A DNA stretch of 64,000 bases, taken from Macrostomum lignano (taxonomy: Eukaryota). Every line of letters starts with the position of its first letter. The first letter of the stretch is position 1. This document shows, piece by piece, positions 36,401 through 48,974 of the stretch. The stretch lies in the NCBI GenBank assembly GCA_002269645.1, contig NIVC01003001.1, positions 62,001 through 126,000 of the forward strand, written 5' to 3'. The translations under genes were made by a program, and so were the position numbers. The notes below the pieces were generated by a model, which was given only the letters and a program-made list of their open reading frames with translations, was not told where the DNA came from and made no database searches.

Positions 36401-38615
36401 CTCAATAGTGACACACACCTGTATTGATCTTAATAGTGACACACACCTGTATTGATCTCAATAGTGACACATACCTGTATTGATCTTAATAGTGACATAC
36501 CTGTATTGATCTCAATAGTGACACATACCTGTATTGATCTTAATAGTGACATACCTGTATTGATCTCAATAGTGACACATACCTGTATTGATCTCAATAG
36601 TGACACATACCTGTATTGATCTTAATAGTGACACACCTGTATTGATCTCAATAGTGACACATACCTGTATTGATCTCAATAGTGACACATACCTGTATTG
36701 ATCTTAATAGTGACACACCTGTATTGATCTCAATAGTGACACATACCTGTATTGATCTCAATAGTGACACATACCTGTATTGATCTTAATAGTGACACAC
36801 CTGTATTGATCTCAATAGTGACACATACCTGTATTGATCTTAATAGTGACACACCTGTATTGATCTCAGTGACACATACCTGTATTGATCTCAATAGTGA
36901 CACACACCTGTATTGATCTCAATGATCCATGCTGTATCACTGAATTTGTGCACCATGCCTTTCCACAGTTGATGAAGTCGGACTCCAGTCTGCTGCAGTT
37001 TCTCAACGACATGGAAGCCTTCGGTCTGACTGTGGTCGAAGGCGCTCCCATCGCCGGAACTGAAGGACTTCGGGCGGTCACCGATTTGTGCAACCGCGTG
37101 GCCTTCCCCATGGAGACCAACTATGGCACGACCTTCACGGTGAAGAGCAAGCTGAATCCCAGCAACCTGGCCTACACACCAGCCAGGCTGGGCCTCCACG
37201 TAGACTTGCCGTTCTACAAAGACCCACCCGGGGTAAGTCTCTGTGAAATTTGACAACTACTTCACCAGGGGCTTTAGCACCAGGGGCTTTAGCACCAGGG
37301 GCTTTAGCACCAGGGGCTTTAGCATCAGGGGCTTTAGCACCAGGGGCGCCAGCACCAGGGGCTTTAGCACCAGGGCGCCAGCACCAGGGGCGCCAGCACC
37401 AGGGGCTTTAGCACCAGGGGCTTTAGCACCAGGGGCTTTAGCACCAGGGGCTTTAGCACCAGGGGCTTGCACCAGGGGCGCCAGCACCAGGGGCGCCAGC
37501 ACCAGGGGCTTTAGCACCAGGGGCGCCAGCACCAGGGGCTTTAGCACCAGGGGCTTTAGCACCAGGGGCGCCAGCACCAGGGCTTTAGCACCAGGGGCTT
37601 TAGCACCAGGGGCTTTAGCACCAGGGGCGCCAGCACCAGGGGCTTTAGCACCAGGGGCGCCAGCACCAGGGGCGCCAGCACCAAGGGGCGCCAGCACCAG
37701 CAGCACTGCAGCAAGATGCACATGTACAGAAATCGAGAAAGCAGGCTATAAACTGAAGTACATGTACATGCTCAGTGACAGAATTTGATGAAGATAAATC
37801 AGCTTCCTTTCGCAGCACCGCATCTTCATCATCCTACTCAGATCCAGCTGCTGCACTGCCTCGCCCAGTCCAACAACATCACAGGCGGCGAGAACTTCTT
37901 CTCCGATGGCTTCCACGCCGCCAACCTGCTGAAGGTGGCCAACTCGGACGCGTACAAGATGCTGACAACTCGTCTAGTTGACTTCTACGACTATGGAACT
38001 GATCACCTGGCTGACTTCCACATGCTCTGCCGACAGCGGGTCATCAGGTGAGGACGGCGTGAGAGGGGAGGTCAGTGAGCTCTGCAGTTTTTGTTCTGGC
38101 TTCAGCAGGCCTTTCCCTGTTGAGTCATGAAACAATTAACAAAATGTACTCAAGCAACTAGTATTGATCCAGGGTTTTCAATCTCAATTAAATTTTATTT
38201 CCATCTTTGCTTCAAGAGCTTAAATTTTCTAGCTTTTCCTTGCTGAAAGAAGAAACTCGTTCTGCCAGAAAAATACAACCCTTCAGGCCCTCGAACGATG
38301 CTTGCTCATGACAACATCTAGTCTGAGAAGTTTATTCGAGAATTCCAGCGCTGTCATGAGCAGAATCCGAGTTGATTTGATCATTAAAGTTCCAATATAA
38401 TTTATACTTAGCTTAGAAAACCTCAATTTTCCCAACCAAACATTTCCAGTTTGACCAGTGACGGTGAATACGAGATGATCTGCTACAACAATCAGGTGCG
38501 CGACACTTACCTGAACATGCCCGCCGACCAGGTGCAGCTCTTCTACGACGCTTTGAAAGCCTTTGACACCTGCTGCATGGGGAGCAGTGCTCAGTTTCTA
38601 CCAAACTCAAAGAAG
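33495..38615 (+). CDS. BBOX1: Gamma-butyrobetaine dioxygenase (Fe/2-oxoglutarate dioxygenase, BBOX/TMLHE family), 3' end missing at the gap
   Basis: Exons 33495-33790, 34328-34513, 36969-37232, 37842-38047, 38450-38615. Motifs: WLRDNCQCSACFHP zinc site, VTWSDGHVSTY, NLAYT...LGLHVDLPFY...PG, IQLLHCL...GGENFFSDGFHAA, YNNQVRD. One C must be restored at about 33737 and about 38570. Final exon with the second iron-binding His not seen. Confidence 0.9.
34715..35045. repeat. 42-bp minisatellite, BBOX intron 2
   Basis: GTACACTGTAGCTTTCTATAAATCTCTGCCCC repeats. Confidence 0.9.
35665..36925. repeat. 26-28-bp minisatellite, BBOX intron 2
   Basis: AGTGACACA(C/T)ACCTGTATTGATCT(C/T)AAT, about 45 copies. 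Confidence 0.97.
37262..37700. repeat. 15-bp minisatellite with two alternating variants, BBOX intron 3
   Basis: GCACCAGGGGCTTTA and GCACCAGGGGCGCCA units. Confidence 0.95.
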
Positions 38616-38857
38616 GTGAGCTCATCATTGTACGTACTTGACGATTAGAGAGTCGGGGCCATCACTGCAGAATAACAGGACGTAAAAACCAAAGATTTTT
38701 GAAGGCCAATCAATTGTCAATAAAAAAATACACTGCGGAGAGAGGAACACTTTCTTTTTTTCATCACAAATCAGTGATTACATTTGATCTGTAGCAGTAA
38801 AGATTTCCATTCCTTTAAATCAGGATGCACCACGTGGTAAAGTTGTAAATGCTCTGA

Positions 38858-39142
38858 NNNNNNNNNNNNNNNNNNNNNNNNNNNNNNNNNNNNNNNNNNN
38901 NNNNNNNNNNNNNNNNNNNNNNNNNNNNNNNNNNNNNNNNNNNNNNNNNNNNNNNNNNNNNNNNNNNNNNNNNNNNNNNNNNNNNNNNNNNNNNNNNNNN
39001 NNNNNNNNNNNNNNNNNNNNNNNNNNNNNNNNNNNNNNNNNNNNNNNNNNNNNNNNNNNNNNNNNNNNNNNNNNNNNNNNNNNNNNNNNNNNNNNNNNNN
39101 NNNNNNNNNNNNNNNNNNNNNNNNNNNNNNNNNNNNNNNNNN
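38858..39142. other. Assembly gap (285 N)
   Basis: Run of N. Confidence 1.
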
Positions 39143-39772
39143 TAAACTGGCAGCCACTCAGATAAACTGGCACCCACTGTAATTAACTGGCAGCCACTCA
39201 GATAAACTGGCACCCACTCTAATAAACTGGCAGCCACTCAGATAAACTGGCACCCACTCTAATAAACTGGCAGCCACTCAGATAAACTGGCACCCACTCT
39301 AATAAACTGGCAGCCACTCAGATAAACTGGCACCCACTCTAATAAACTGGCAGCCACTCAGATAAACTGGCATCCACTCTAATAAACTGGCAGCCACTCA
39401 GATAAACTGGCACCCACTCTAATAAACTGGCAGCCACTCAGATAAACTGGCACCCACTCTAACAAACTGGCAGCCACTCAGATAAACTGGCACCCACTCT
39501 AATAAACTGGCAGCCACTCAGATAAACTGGCACCCACTCTAATAAACTGGCAGCCACTTTGATAAACTGTCATCCACTCTAATAAACTGGCAGCCACTCA
39601 GATAAACTGGCACCCACTGTAGTTAACTGGCAGCCACTCAGATAAACTGGCACCCACTCTAATAAACTGGCACCCAATCAGATAAACTGGCACCCAATCA
39701 GATAAACTGGCACCTACTCTAATAAACTGGCAGCCACTCAGATAAACTGGCACCCACTGTAATTAACTGGCA
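39143..39772. repeat. 40-bp higher-order repeat (dimer of related 20-mers)
   Basis: AATAAACTGGCAGCCACTCA GATAAACTGGCACCCACTCT alternation. Confidence 0.95.
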
Positions 39773-39851
39773 CCATCCCCCAAAAGACGCCCCCCAATTA
39801 AACCCCGGCCTCGCTAGTATAACAAATTATCTCGAACTCTCAAACTGTCAG

Positions 39852-42800
39852 CCGCGAATTCAAGCCGGACTCCAGCTGGCCTCACTGCGGCGAGTGCTTC
39901 GAGCTTGGCGCCGCCGCGCCGACGCCGCCGACGCCTGGACGGTCGGCGTCCCGCTGTCCGGCGGCGGCCGCTGGCGAAGCCGTTCAACGCCTACGCAAAG
40001 TCAGCCGTGTGCGGCCTGGAGGCACCTGCGGCGAGGACGAATACGAGGACGGCGAGGAGGCCAACGAGGGAGGCGAGCTCGACGAGTTGCTGGCCTCGCT
40101 GCCGAACGACCGGCGCCCGCAGTCACCGAGTCGGCGTCTGCCTCAGATTCGGGAAGTTTTTCGAGGTAGGCCTAGTTCAAGCAATAGCAGCTCATTCTGC
40201 TTGTCTATGGCCCAAACATCGTCATATACTACTATTTCACTACATACTACTATTTCACTACATACTACTATTTCACTACATACTACTATTTCACTACATA
40301 CTACTATTTCACTACATACTACTATTTCACTACATACTACTATTTCACTACATACTACTATTTCACTACATACTACTATTTCACTACATACTACTATTCA
40401 ACTAGATACTACTATTTAACAGCATACTACTATTCAACTAACATACTACTAATTGACTACATACTATTATTTCACTACACACAACTATTTCACTACATAC
40501 TACTATTTCACTACATACTACTATTTCACTACACACAACTATTTCACTACATACTACTATTTCACTACACACAACTATTTTACTACATACTACTATTTCA
40601 TTACATACTACTATTTCACTACATACTACTATTTAATTACATACTACTATTTAACTACATACTACTATTCAACTAGATACTACTATTTAACTGCATACTA
40701 CTATTTAACTACATACTACTATTCAACTAGATACTACTATTTAACTAAGATACTACTAATTGACTACATACTATTATTATTTCACTAGACACAACTATTT
40801 CACTACATACTACTATTTAACTACATATTACTATTTCACTACACACTATTTCACTACATACTACTATTTCACTACATACTACTATTTCACTACATACTAC
40901 TATTTCACTACATACTACTATTTCAGCGGCAAGCCGCGACCTCCACCACCGCCTCGTCGGGGTTCGGTGCTCAGTGGAGGCCTCCCGGCGGCATCTTCCT
41001 CGTCGCCGTCGCCGACATTGCCGCTCGGCCAAACAACGACTCTGTCGCCGCCGCTGCCAACATCGTCAGCGCCGGCGACGAAAGAGAAGCCGCGCCCGCC
41101 AGTGAGGTCGACTACATCGGGCAGCCGCACGTCCTATTTCAACGGAGCCCGACAGGCCGCAGCTGCCGCCGAAACTGCCTCCTTCATCTACCGAAAGTCA
41201 GCTACCTCTGCCGCCGAAACTGCCTCCATCATCTACCGAAAGTCAGCTACCTCTGCCGCCGAAACTGCCTCCATCATCTACCAAAACTCAGCCACCCCTG
41301 CCGCCGAAACTGCCTCCATCATCTACCGAAAGTCAGCCACCGCTACCGCCGAAACTGCCTCCATCATCTACCAAAACTCAGCCACCTCTGCCGCCGAAAC
41401 TGCCTCCATCATCTACCGAAAGTCAGCCACCGCTACCGCCGAAACTGCCTCCATCATCTACCGAAACTCAGCCACCTCTGCCGCCGAAACTGCCTCCATC
41501 ATCTACCGAAAGTCAGCTACCTCTGCCGCCGAAACTGCCTCCTTCATCTACCGAAACTCAGCCGTCATTGCCACCCAAACTGCCTCCATCATCTGCCACA
41601 AATAAGCCAATGCTGCCGCCGAAACTGCCTCCATCATCTACCGAAAGTCAGCTACCTCTGCCGCCGAAACTGCCTCCATCATCTACCAAAACTCAGCCAC
41701 CCCTGCCGCCGAAACTGCCTCCATCATCTACCGAAAGTCAGCCACCGCTACCGCCGAAACTGCCTCCATCATCTACCGAAACTCAGCCACCTCTGCCGCC
41801 GAAACTGCCTCCATCATCTACTGAAACTCAGCCACCGCTACCGCCGAAACTGCCAGCATCAGCGAACCAGCTGCCTCTGCCACCGAAGCTGCTCGTTTGA
41901 GCCAGACAACCAGCCGCCGTTGCCGCCGAAACTGCCGAGCTTGCAGGTGAGTTTTCAGCCAACTCTGTTCGGCCTCCTGCACCACCCGAACGTGGCTCCA
42001 TCAGACGTTCTGTGCGGCTACTATCGCAAGGGCTACTACCCGGCAACGATGTTAAAGAGGCCAAGCGGTGAGTTGCGTTTGCGTAAGATGCGCGACTGTC
42101 GCTACTCTTGCGACTTAATGGCTACTCAATAGCTACTCAATATCTACTCAATAGCTACTCAATAGCTACTCAATGGCTACTCAATAGCTACTCGATAGCT
42201 ACTCAATAGCTACTCAATATCTACTCAATAGCTACTCAATAGCTACTCAATAGCTACTCAATAGCTACTCAATAGCTACTCAATAGCACTCAATAGCTAC
42301 TCAATAGCTACTCAATAGCTACTCAATAGCTACTCAATAGCTACTCAATAGCCACTCAATATCTACTCAATAGCTACTCAATAGCTACTCAATAGCTACT
42401 CAATAGCTACTCAATAGCTACTCAATGGCTACTCAATATCTACTCAATAGCTACTCAATAGCTACTCAATATCTACTCAATAGCCACTCAATATCTACTC
42501 AATAGCTACTCAATAGCTACTCAATATCTACTCAATAGCTACTCAATAGCTACTCAATAGCTACTCGATAGCTACTCAATGGCTACTCAATAGCTACTCA
42601 ATAGCTACTCAATAGCTACTCAATAGCTACTCAATAGCTACTCAATAGCTACCCAATAGCTACTCAATAGCTACTCAATAGCTACTCAATAGCTACTCAA
42701 TAGCTACTCAATAGCTACTCAATAGCTACTCAATAGCTACTCAATAGCTACTCAATAGCTACTCAATAGCTACTCGATAGCTACTCAATGGATACTCAAT

Positions 42801-43204
42801 AGCTACTCAATAGCCACTCAATATCTACTCAATAGCCACTCAATAGCTACTCAATAGCTACTCGATAGCTACTCAATAGCTACTCAATAGCTCAAAACGC
42901 ACCAACCCTGCGCAGTCTGATACGACACGCATCGGGCAACGGAGTTTACATGCTGCGCGGCTTCTGCCAGGGCCAACAGAGCCAGGAGCTGGCCGTCTGC
43001 CTTCGCCTCGACGATAAATCTTACAAATTCAGCGTGGAAGCGACGACGTCCGGCAGCTGCCAGCAGTTCTGCATCGCCGGCGAGAGCGGCGGCAGGGCGC
43101 ACGAGACCGTCGAAGCGATGCTGTTCTACCATCATCTGTTCCCCATCCTGACTGGCACTGGGATGTCCGATATGCGACTGGCGAGACCCTTTGACTTGGA
43201 GTGA
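39852..43204 (+). CDS. Signalling adaptor: acidic Tyr motif, proline-rich PPKLP repeats, C-terminal SH2 domain (SLP-76/BLNK/SH3BP2-like layout); 5' end not seen
   Basis: Exons about 39852-40165, 40927-42067, 42916-43204 (TGA). Motifs: EDEYEDGEE, KPRPPPPPRR, (LPPKLPPSSTESQ)n, SH2-like EAKRLIRHASGNGVYMLR...HETVEAMLFYHH...MRLARPF. Several single-C restorations are needed for one open frame. Confidence 0.72.
40226..40926. repeat. 18-bp minisatellite TACATACTACTATTTCAC filling an intron of the adaptor gene
   Basis: About 38 copies; the last copy ends TATTTCAG and forms the acceptor. Confidence 0.95.
42120..42892. repeat. 11-bp minisatellite GCTACTCAATA, intronic
   Basis: About 70 copies. Confidence 0.97.
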
Positions 43205-43214
43205 GCTGGGCGAT

Positions 43215-43438
43215 GCATGTTCTCATGGATGATTTGTGTTCTCATGGGTGACTCGTGTTCTCATGGGTGGCTCGTGTTCTCATGGGTGGCTCGTGTTCTC
43301 ATGGGTGGCTCGTGTTCTCATGGGTGACTCGTGTTCTCATGGGTGACTCGTGTTCTCATGGGTGACTTGTGTTCTCATGGGTGACTTGTGTTCTCATGGG
43401 TGACTCGTGTTCTCATGGGTGACTCGTGTTCTAATGGA
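43215..43438. repeat. 19-bp minisatellite CTCGTGTTCTCATGGGTG(A/G)
   Basis: About 11 copies immediately after the SH2 #1 stop codon. Confidence 0.92.
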
Positions 43439-43582
43439 TGACGCAAATTCTTATAATCCATTCGGTGGTTGTCCTTCTCAGTAGAGACCCTTCGGTTTCT
43501 GTATGGTCACTATGGAAGCATGCTGTTAATTACGAATAAAAAAATGAAACATGAGAAAATTTTGCTCATAAACAATCGCCAG

Positions 43583-44862
43583 GAAGGACGCAATTGTCAG
43601 CGGTTTGACCGCCGCCTTTTCGGCCAGCCTGTGGCACTACGGAGGCAAGGCCACCTGCACCGAGTGAGTCATGGAGGCGGGCTGGGCTAGCAGCTGCGTG
43701 CTATTATTCAATTTAGACTACTGAGAAAAGTAGACAAGTAGAGATTTGAATAGTGAAATCTCTCACTAAGACGAAAAATGCCGCCATAAAAGAAATGACA
43801 GAATTACGAGAAGCGTCTGTGCACACCGATAGCGGTGAGAGAGAACGACGTGTGGGCTAGGGCTGACTGACGAAGGCGGAAAGCCAGAAACTGGTCTTGA
43901 TCTGCCTGCGCAAGGTTCAAAACCCCACTTTTAGGGTGTCACATGCTGGAATTATTAGCAGGGCGGATTAACACAACAGACTTTCGCACCAAAGAATCAC
44001 ACATTAACTCTGATGCGATGGCTCACACTGGGTGTACAGCAGCCCTGACTTTCTAACCGTCAGGCATGTACAGTCTGTGTGCCGTGGGGGTTGGCCTTCA
44101 TGGGTAGGGGAATCGCACCCCCCTTTGGACTTTGGACTTTGATACGAGTATCAAAAAAGTTGCAGTTCAATGCTATCAGTGCACTGTAGATTCCCGGTTA
44201 TTCATTGAATCCTTTCAGCGTTCTCGTTGAAGCAGCCGACGGTACGTACGCCCTTCGAATGGACTCCTATGACACCACCGTGCTGTGCGTTGTACAAAAT
44301 GGTCAAGTCATGAAATTTCGCATCGTTGTGACAGCCGGTCAGCCCGGTAGCGACGAGGTTTGACTCGCTTGACTCATTTTTCTGGAACTTAAACTACGTC
44401 TTTAATACTCTACTGGCAGTAGTATCAGAATAATTTTTACCAGAAATAGACTTTAATACCATCAGCAGAAGGAAAAACATGCTATAGATTCGCAAAGTAG
44501 ATTAGCAATCCATTTTATCCTGTAGTATAATATTTGGGAATAGATTAGCAATCCATTCTATCCTGTAGTATAATAGGCGGGAATAGATTAGCAATCCATT
44601 CTATCCTGTAGTATAATAGGCGGGAATAGATTAGCAATCCATTTTATCCTGTAGGATAATAGGTGGGAATAGATTAGCAATCCACAAAACACCCACCCGT
44701 CCCACCGCACCGCAGCTGATATTCGCCATCAACTTTCCGAATTCGAGCAAGTTCAGCAGCATCGAGGAGCTGCTGCTGCACTATCACAAGAATCCCCTGC
44801 CAACTAACTCGCTGGGTACATCGGATCTGCTGCTGCGGATTCCTTTTCAGTTGTCTACGTAA
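43583..44862 (+). CDS. Second SH2 module (3 exons, own stop codon, no start codon)
   Basis: Exons 43583-43663, 44219-44357, 44716-44862 are phase-consistent: KDAIVSGLTAAFSASLWHYGGKATCTD-VLVEAADGTYALR...GQVMKFRI...-FSSIEELLLHYHKNPLPTNSLGTSDLLLRIPFQLST*. Confidence 0.82.
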
Positions 44863-44999
44863 GAATGTTGACCATGATGTCAAGGGCCGCGCTGTACACA
44901 CTGTGTGAGCGTTGTGTAATGAGAGCGAAATGGGCAGAATTGCCTCAGCGCCAGGGTCAGAAGCCTCCGAATATTTATTACTATATAAACCGCCTTCAG

Positions 45000-45261
45000 G
45001 AGATGCCAGCACGAACTCAGCCGCCTGGTCAGGCTGCCAGACGAGCAGGTGATTCGCAGCGGCACGGCTGATTCGGCTGCGGCGAAGTTGAGCCGACACG
45101 GCGGCGTCAAGCGCGGCGGTAATTTCTACTTGCATCTGAACAAGGAGCGCAAGGGCGGAGGCGGAACCCTGCTAGCTATTGCTCCGGATGCGGCCAGCTC
45201 AGGGGAGGTGCACCGGTTGCGCCTGGTTACCATGGAGACCGGATTTATCGGACAACCGCAG
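45000..45261 (+). CDS. Third, degenerate SH2-like exon; possible last exon 46747-46800
   Basis: Acceptor CTTCAG|G and donor CAG|GTGATA enclose an open frame ...AAAKLSRHGGVKRGGNFYLHL...GEVHRLRLV...; 46747-46800 reads PDEHALLSKPHLWRSDQ*, echoing the LxxPF ends of the other modules. Confidence 0.5.
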
Positions 45262-45467
45262 GTGATAATTTATTGATTGAGTAGTTCCCCTCGTGATCTA
45301 GTTACGGGCGAATTGCTGAGATGTCAAGGCTGAGGTCAGAAGCTACATGTAGTTTATTTAAAAACTTGTATTCGTCTACACATACTAGTATAGATATAAA
45401 CACGTTTGAGTTATATGGTGAGAAGCTCAATGGCTTTCAGCTCAACGTGGGGCAAGTCAGTGGAATC

Positions 45468-46216
45468 CCAGTCTGTGGAATCCTGCAGTCTGTGGAATCC
45501 CAGTCTGTGGAATCCTGCAGTCTGTGGAATCCTGCAGTCTGTGGAATCCTGCAGTCTGTGGAATCCTGCAGTCTGTGGAATCCTGCAGTCTGTGGAATCC
45601 TGCAGTCTGTGGAATCCTGCAGTCTGTGGAATCCTGCAGTCTGTGGAATCCTGCAGTCTGTGGAATCCTGCAGTCTGTGGAATCCTGCAGTCTGTGGAAT
45701 CCTGCAGTCTGTGGAATCCTGCAGTCTGTGGAATCCTGCAGTCTGTGGAATCCTGCAGTCTGTGGAATCCTGCAGTCTGTGGAATCCTGCAGTCTGTGGA
45801 ATCCTGCAGTCTGTGGAATCCTGCAGTCTGTGGAATCCTGCAGTCTGTGGAATCCTGCAGTCTGTGGAATCCTGCAGTCTGTGGAATCCTGCAGTCTGTG
45901 GAATCCTGCAGTCTGTGGAATCCTGCAGTCTGTGGAATCCTGCAGTCTGTGGAATCCTGCAGTCTGTGGAATCCTGCAGTCTGTGGAATCCTGCAGTCTG
46001 TGGAATCCTGCAGTCTGTGGAATCCTGCAGTCTGTGGAATCCTGCAGTCTGTGGAATCCTGCAGTCTGTGGAATCCTGCAGTCTGTGGAATCCTGCAGTC
46101 TGTGGAATCCTGCAGTCTGTGGAATCCTGCAGTCTGTGGAATCCTGCAGTCTGTGGAATCCTGCAGTCTGTGGAATCCTGCAGTCTGTGGAATCCTGCAG
46201 TCTGTGGAATCCTGCA
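45468..46216. repeat. Essentially perfect 17-bp minisatellite AGTCTGTGGAATCCTGC
   Basis: About 44 identical copies; source of six spurious long ORFs. Confidence 0.98.
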
Positions 46217-46311
46217 AATCCCAGTGGAGTCTGGAATGAAATCCCATGGAGCAAAAAATCCACACGTTGAGCCCCTTCCTCTCAGCATCACTGCCCCTCA
46301 GCCATTTCATT

Positions 46312-46725
46312 TCAGACGGGGCGCCACTTTATTTCATAGGGGGCGCCTCTTTATTTCATAGGGGGGCGCCACTTTGTTTCAGAGGGGGGGGGCGCCACTT
46401 CATTTCATAGGGGGGGGGCGCCTCTTCATTTCAAAAGGGGGCGCCTCTTCATTTCATAGGGGGGCGCCAATTTATTTCAGAGGGGGGCGCCACTTTATTT
46501 CATAGGGGGCGCCACTTCATTTCATAGGGGGCGCCACTTCATTTCATAGGGGGCGCCACTTCATTTCATAGGGGGGCGCCACTATATTTGAGAGGGGGGC
46601 ACCACTTCATTTCATAGGGGGGCGCCACTTCATTTCAGGGGGGCACCACTTCATTTCATAGGGGGGCGCCACTTCATTTCAGGGGGGCACCACTTCATTT
46701 CAGTGGGGGCGCCACTTGATTTGAT
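46312..46725. repeat. About 22-bp minisatellite GGGGGCGCCACTTCATTTCATA
   Basis: Tandem copies with variable G-runs. Confidence 0.92.
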
Positions 46726-47154
46726 GGGCGTCATGTACTTTTACAGCCAGACGAGCATGCTCTCCTGTCTAAGCCCCATTTATGGCGTTCTGATCAATGA
46801 CCTGAAATGACACACTGGGTGGGATTACCTGTGGTTGAGGATATTAAAATCCCATAATTTAAAACTTTCTCAGTCACTGCCTGATATTTGAACCAAAATA
46901 TGACAGAAATTCGTGCACGTTGAAGACAAACCGGAGCTGGCCGCCCTAAGCCTGGACAGACTTGTTCACATCCTGTGCGCCAATCCCAGCTGCCTGCCGC
47001 AAGGATTCCCACGACTGTACATGAAACAGTGAACATGAAGCTCATGCTGCCTGCGGCTTGGTCGGGGCAGCTGAAACTTACTTTATCTATTCAAATTGTT
47101 CTTTAATGATATTGCCAAGACAAGATGACTTAGCCTGCAGTACGTGCCTGTCTC

Positions 47155-47330
47155 TCCCTGCATCTCTCCCAGCTGCATCTCTCCCAGCTGCATCTCTCCC
47201 AGCTGCATCTCTCCCAGCTGCATCTCTCCCAGCTGCATCTCTCCCAGCTGCATCTCTCCCAGCTGCATCTCTCCCAGCTGCATCTCTCCCAGCTGCATCT
47301 CTCCCAGCTGCATCTCTCCCAGCTGCATCG
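47155..47330. repeat. 15-bp minisatellite CTGCATCTCTCCCAG
   Basis: About 11 copies. Confidence 0.95.
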
Positions 47331-47552
47331 CTTTGCATCTCTCTCTGAATCTCTCTGCATTTCTCCCTGCATCTTTATCTGCATCTGTCCCTAGTTTCGA
47401 GTCCTTAATGTATTCGTTTGTCTCCCTCTAAAGATCTATCTGAAATTTCTCCGTGCATCTCTCCCCATGTCTTATTCAACGAGCGTACGACACTTAAAAA
47501 AAATCTTGCACGAATTTCTTGCTGGTAAACCGCAGATTATACAAATAATTGA

Positions 47553-48519
47553 TGTGTTCCTTATTACCCGACTTTTGGTAATCAAAGAACACTCACTTCT
47601 AGCTCAGTAGCTAGGCAACCCAGTACGTCAACAGAAGGTATTCAATTACCTTGAGTCCTTAACTGAGAGCTCTCGTCAATACTCCTTGTTCGTTGATCTC
47701 GTTATCAGTAGCGTTCCTGTCCTTCAGGAATTCCGGGCGCCGGTCAACAGTTGATCTGGTCCGCTCTTGCAATTGTCTCCTTGACTTCTTGCCGGCCGGT
47801 TATCTGTAGTTCGGACCAATCGGAAGCTTCCAAGTTAACAACGGGTACCCTGCGCCAAACTGCGGTTTAACATAAGCCTACTCCTTCTAGCAGTGCCTCT
47901 ATGCACTCTAGGTATAGCTCCGGAAACCACTGATAGTCTTCTAAGATCTATCAGGGGCAGTCCTTCTGGAGACTGCAACCAGTAGAGTCTAGACAGACTC
48001 AGGAGTCTCAACAGACTCAAACTAAACTCCAACGAGACGTCTCAAAACACAGGCGTAAATGAGTAAGGCTTACCGCAAGAACTCGACGAGTCTTCTGTAG
48101 GAAGTCCTGTAGTGGCTTCCTTTTCGGAGCTCTTCTCCTTCCGGGGGAATTGTTGGCTCTGAGTCCGTTCCGGACCACTTGCATTTATAGGCGTTCAGAC
48201 CTCTCTCGAGGTCGTACATCACTGTCTTCGCAAATGTCAAAGGGTCACGATTCGGTGGCTGTCAAGCATGACAGGGTAGAAAGTTGCGCAACTAGTCGAC
48301 TGTAAAAGCGCATGATTGGTTACCGTAGCTGGTAGACTTTGATTGGTTCATCCGGGTGCAACCCGAGTGCAAACCAAATGATGACTTGAAGGTGGGGTTT
48401 GAATTGACAGTTGTTGGTCGCACGTGATTGGGTGATTTCTAAAATTAGCATGCTCGAGATTTCTCTCTTTCTATTGGTTAATTCGAATATATGTATGGTT
48501 CAGCGCATATCCTTATACA
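47553..48519 (-). mobile_element. Possible solo-LTR-like segment
   Basis: Minus strand starts TGTATAAGG, followed by several CCAAT boxes, TATAAATGC (about 48188) and a GTAAGC donor; could end ...GGAACACA. No TSD found. Confidence 0.25.
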
Positions 48520-48974
48520 TGCTCCTCAAATTACTACTATTTAAGTAGTACGTTAACAATTTTAAATCACTTTTCTGGGAGATATAATACTCTACCTACA
48601 TAATATGCTAGTGAAAATTTCTATTCAAGTGCCTTTCTGCTATTCAATTTCAACGATTCAGAATGATTTTTTATAAAGTTTTAACTGTTTTTTCTGCGTT
48701 ATCTAGCGTTATCTGCGTTATCTAGATGTACTCCAGGTTTTTTCAGCTTGCGGCTGACTACTCGGCCAATGCTTAATTTATTCGCTTTGATAAAAATATC
48801 TTCACAAATATATGCAAGCGAAGGAACTGAAAATGCATAAGAGCAGTAATATTTAAACAGACAGAACTGTTACGAGCTAAATCTATGTATTTCCCATCTG
48901 TTAGACAGGGATATTTGACAGAGAAGTGTCACCTGTGATTAGCACCTGTCGTTTCATAATAATAAATAATAATA

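Noticed and set aside
37243-37788. Collagen- or elastin-like PGA repeat ORFs
   Set aside because: 15-bp minisatellite wholly inside BBOX intron 3.
41948-41959. 12-nt intron GTGAGTTTTCAG
   Set aside because: Too short for the spliceosome and in frame anyway; 41947 may be an alternative donor, but I found no phase-0 partner acceptor with good support.
45321-46361. Six long ORFs of 248-346 aa
   Set aside because: All are translations of a stop-free 17-bp tandem repeat.
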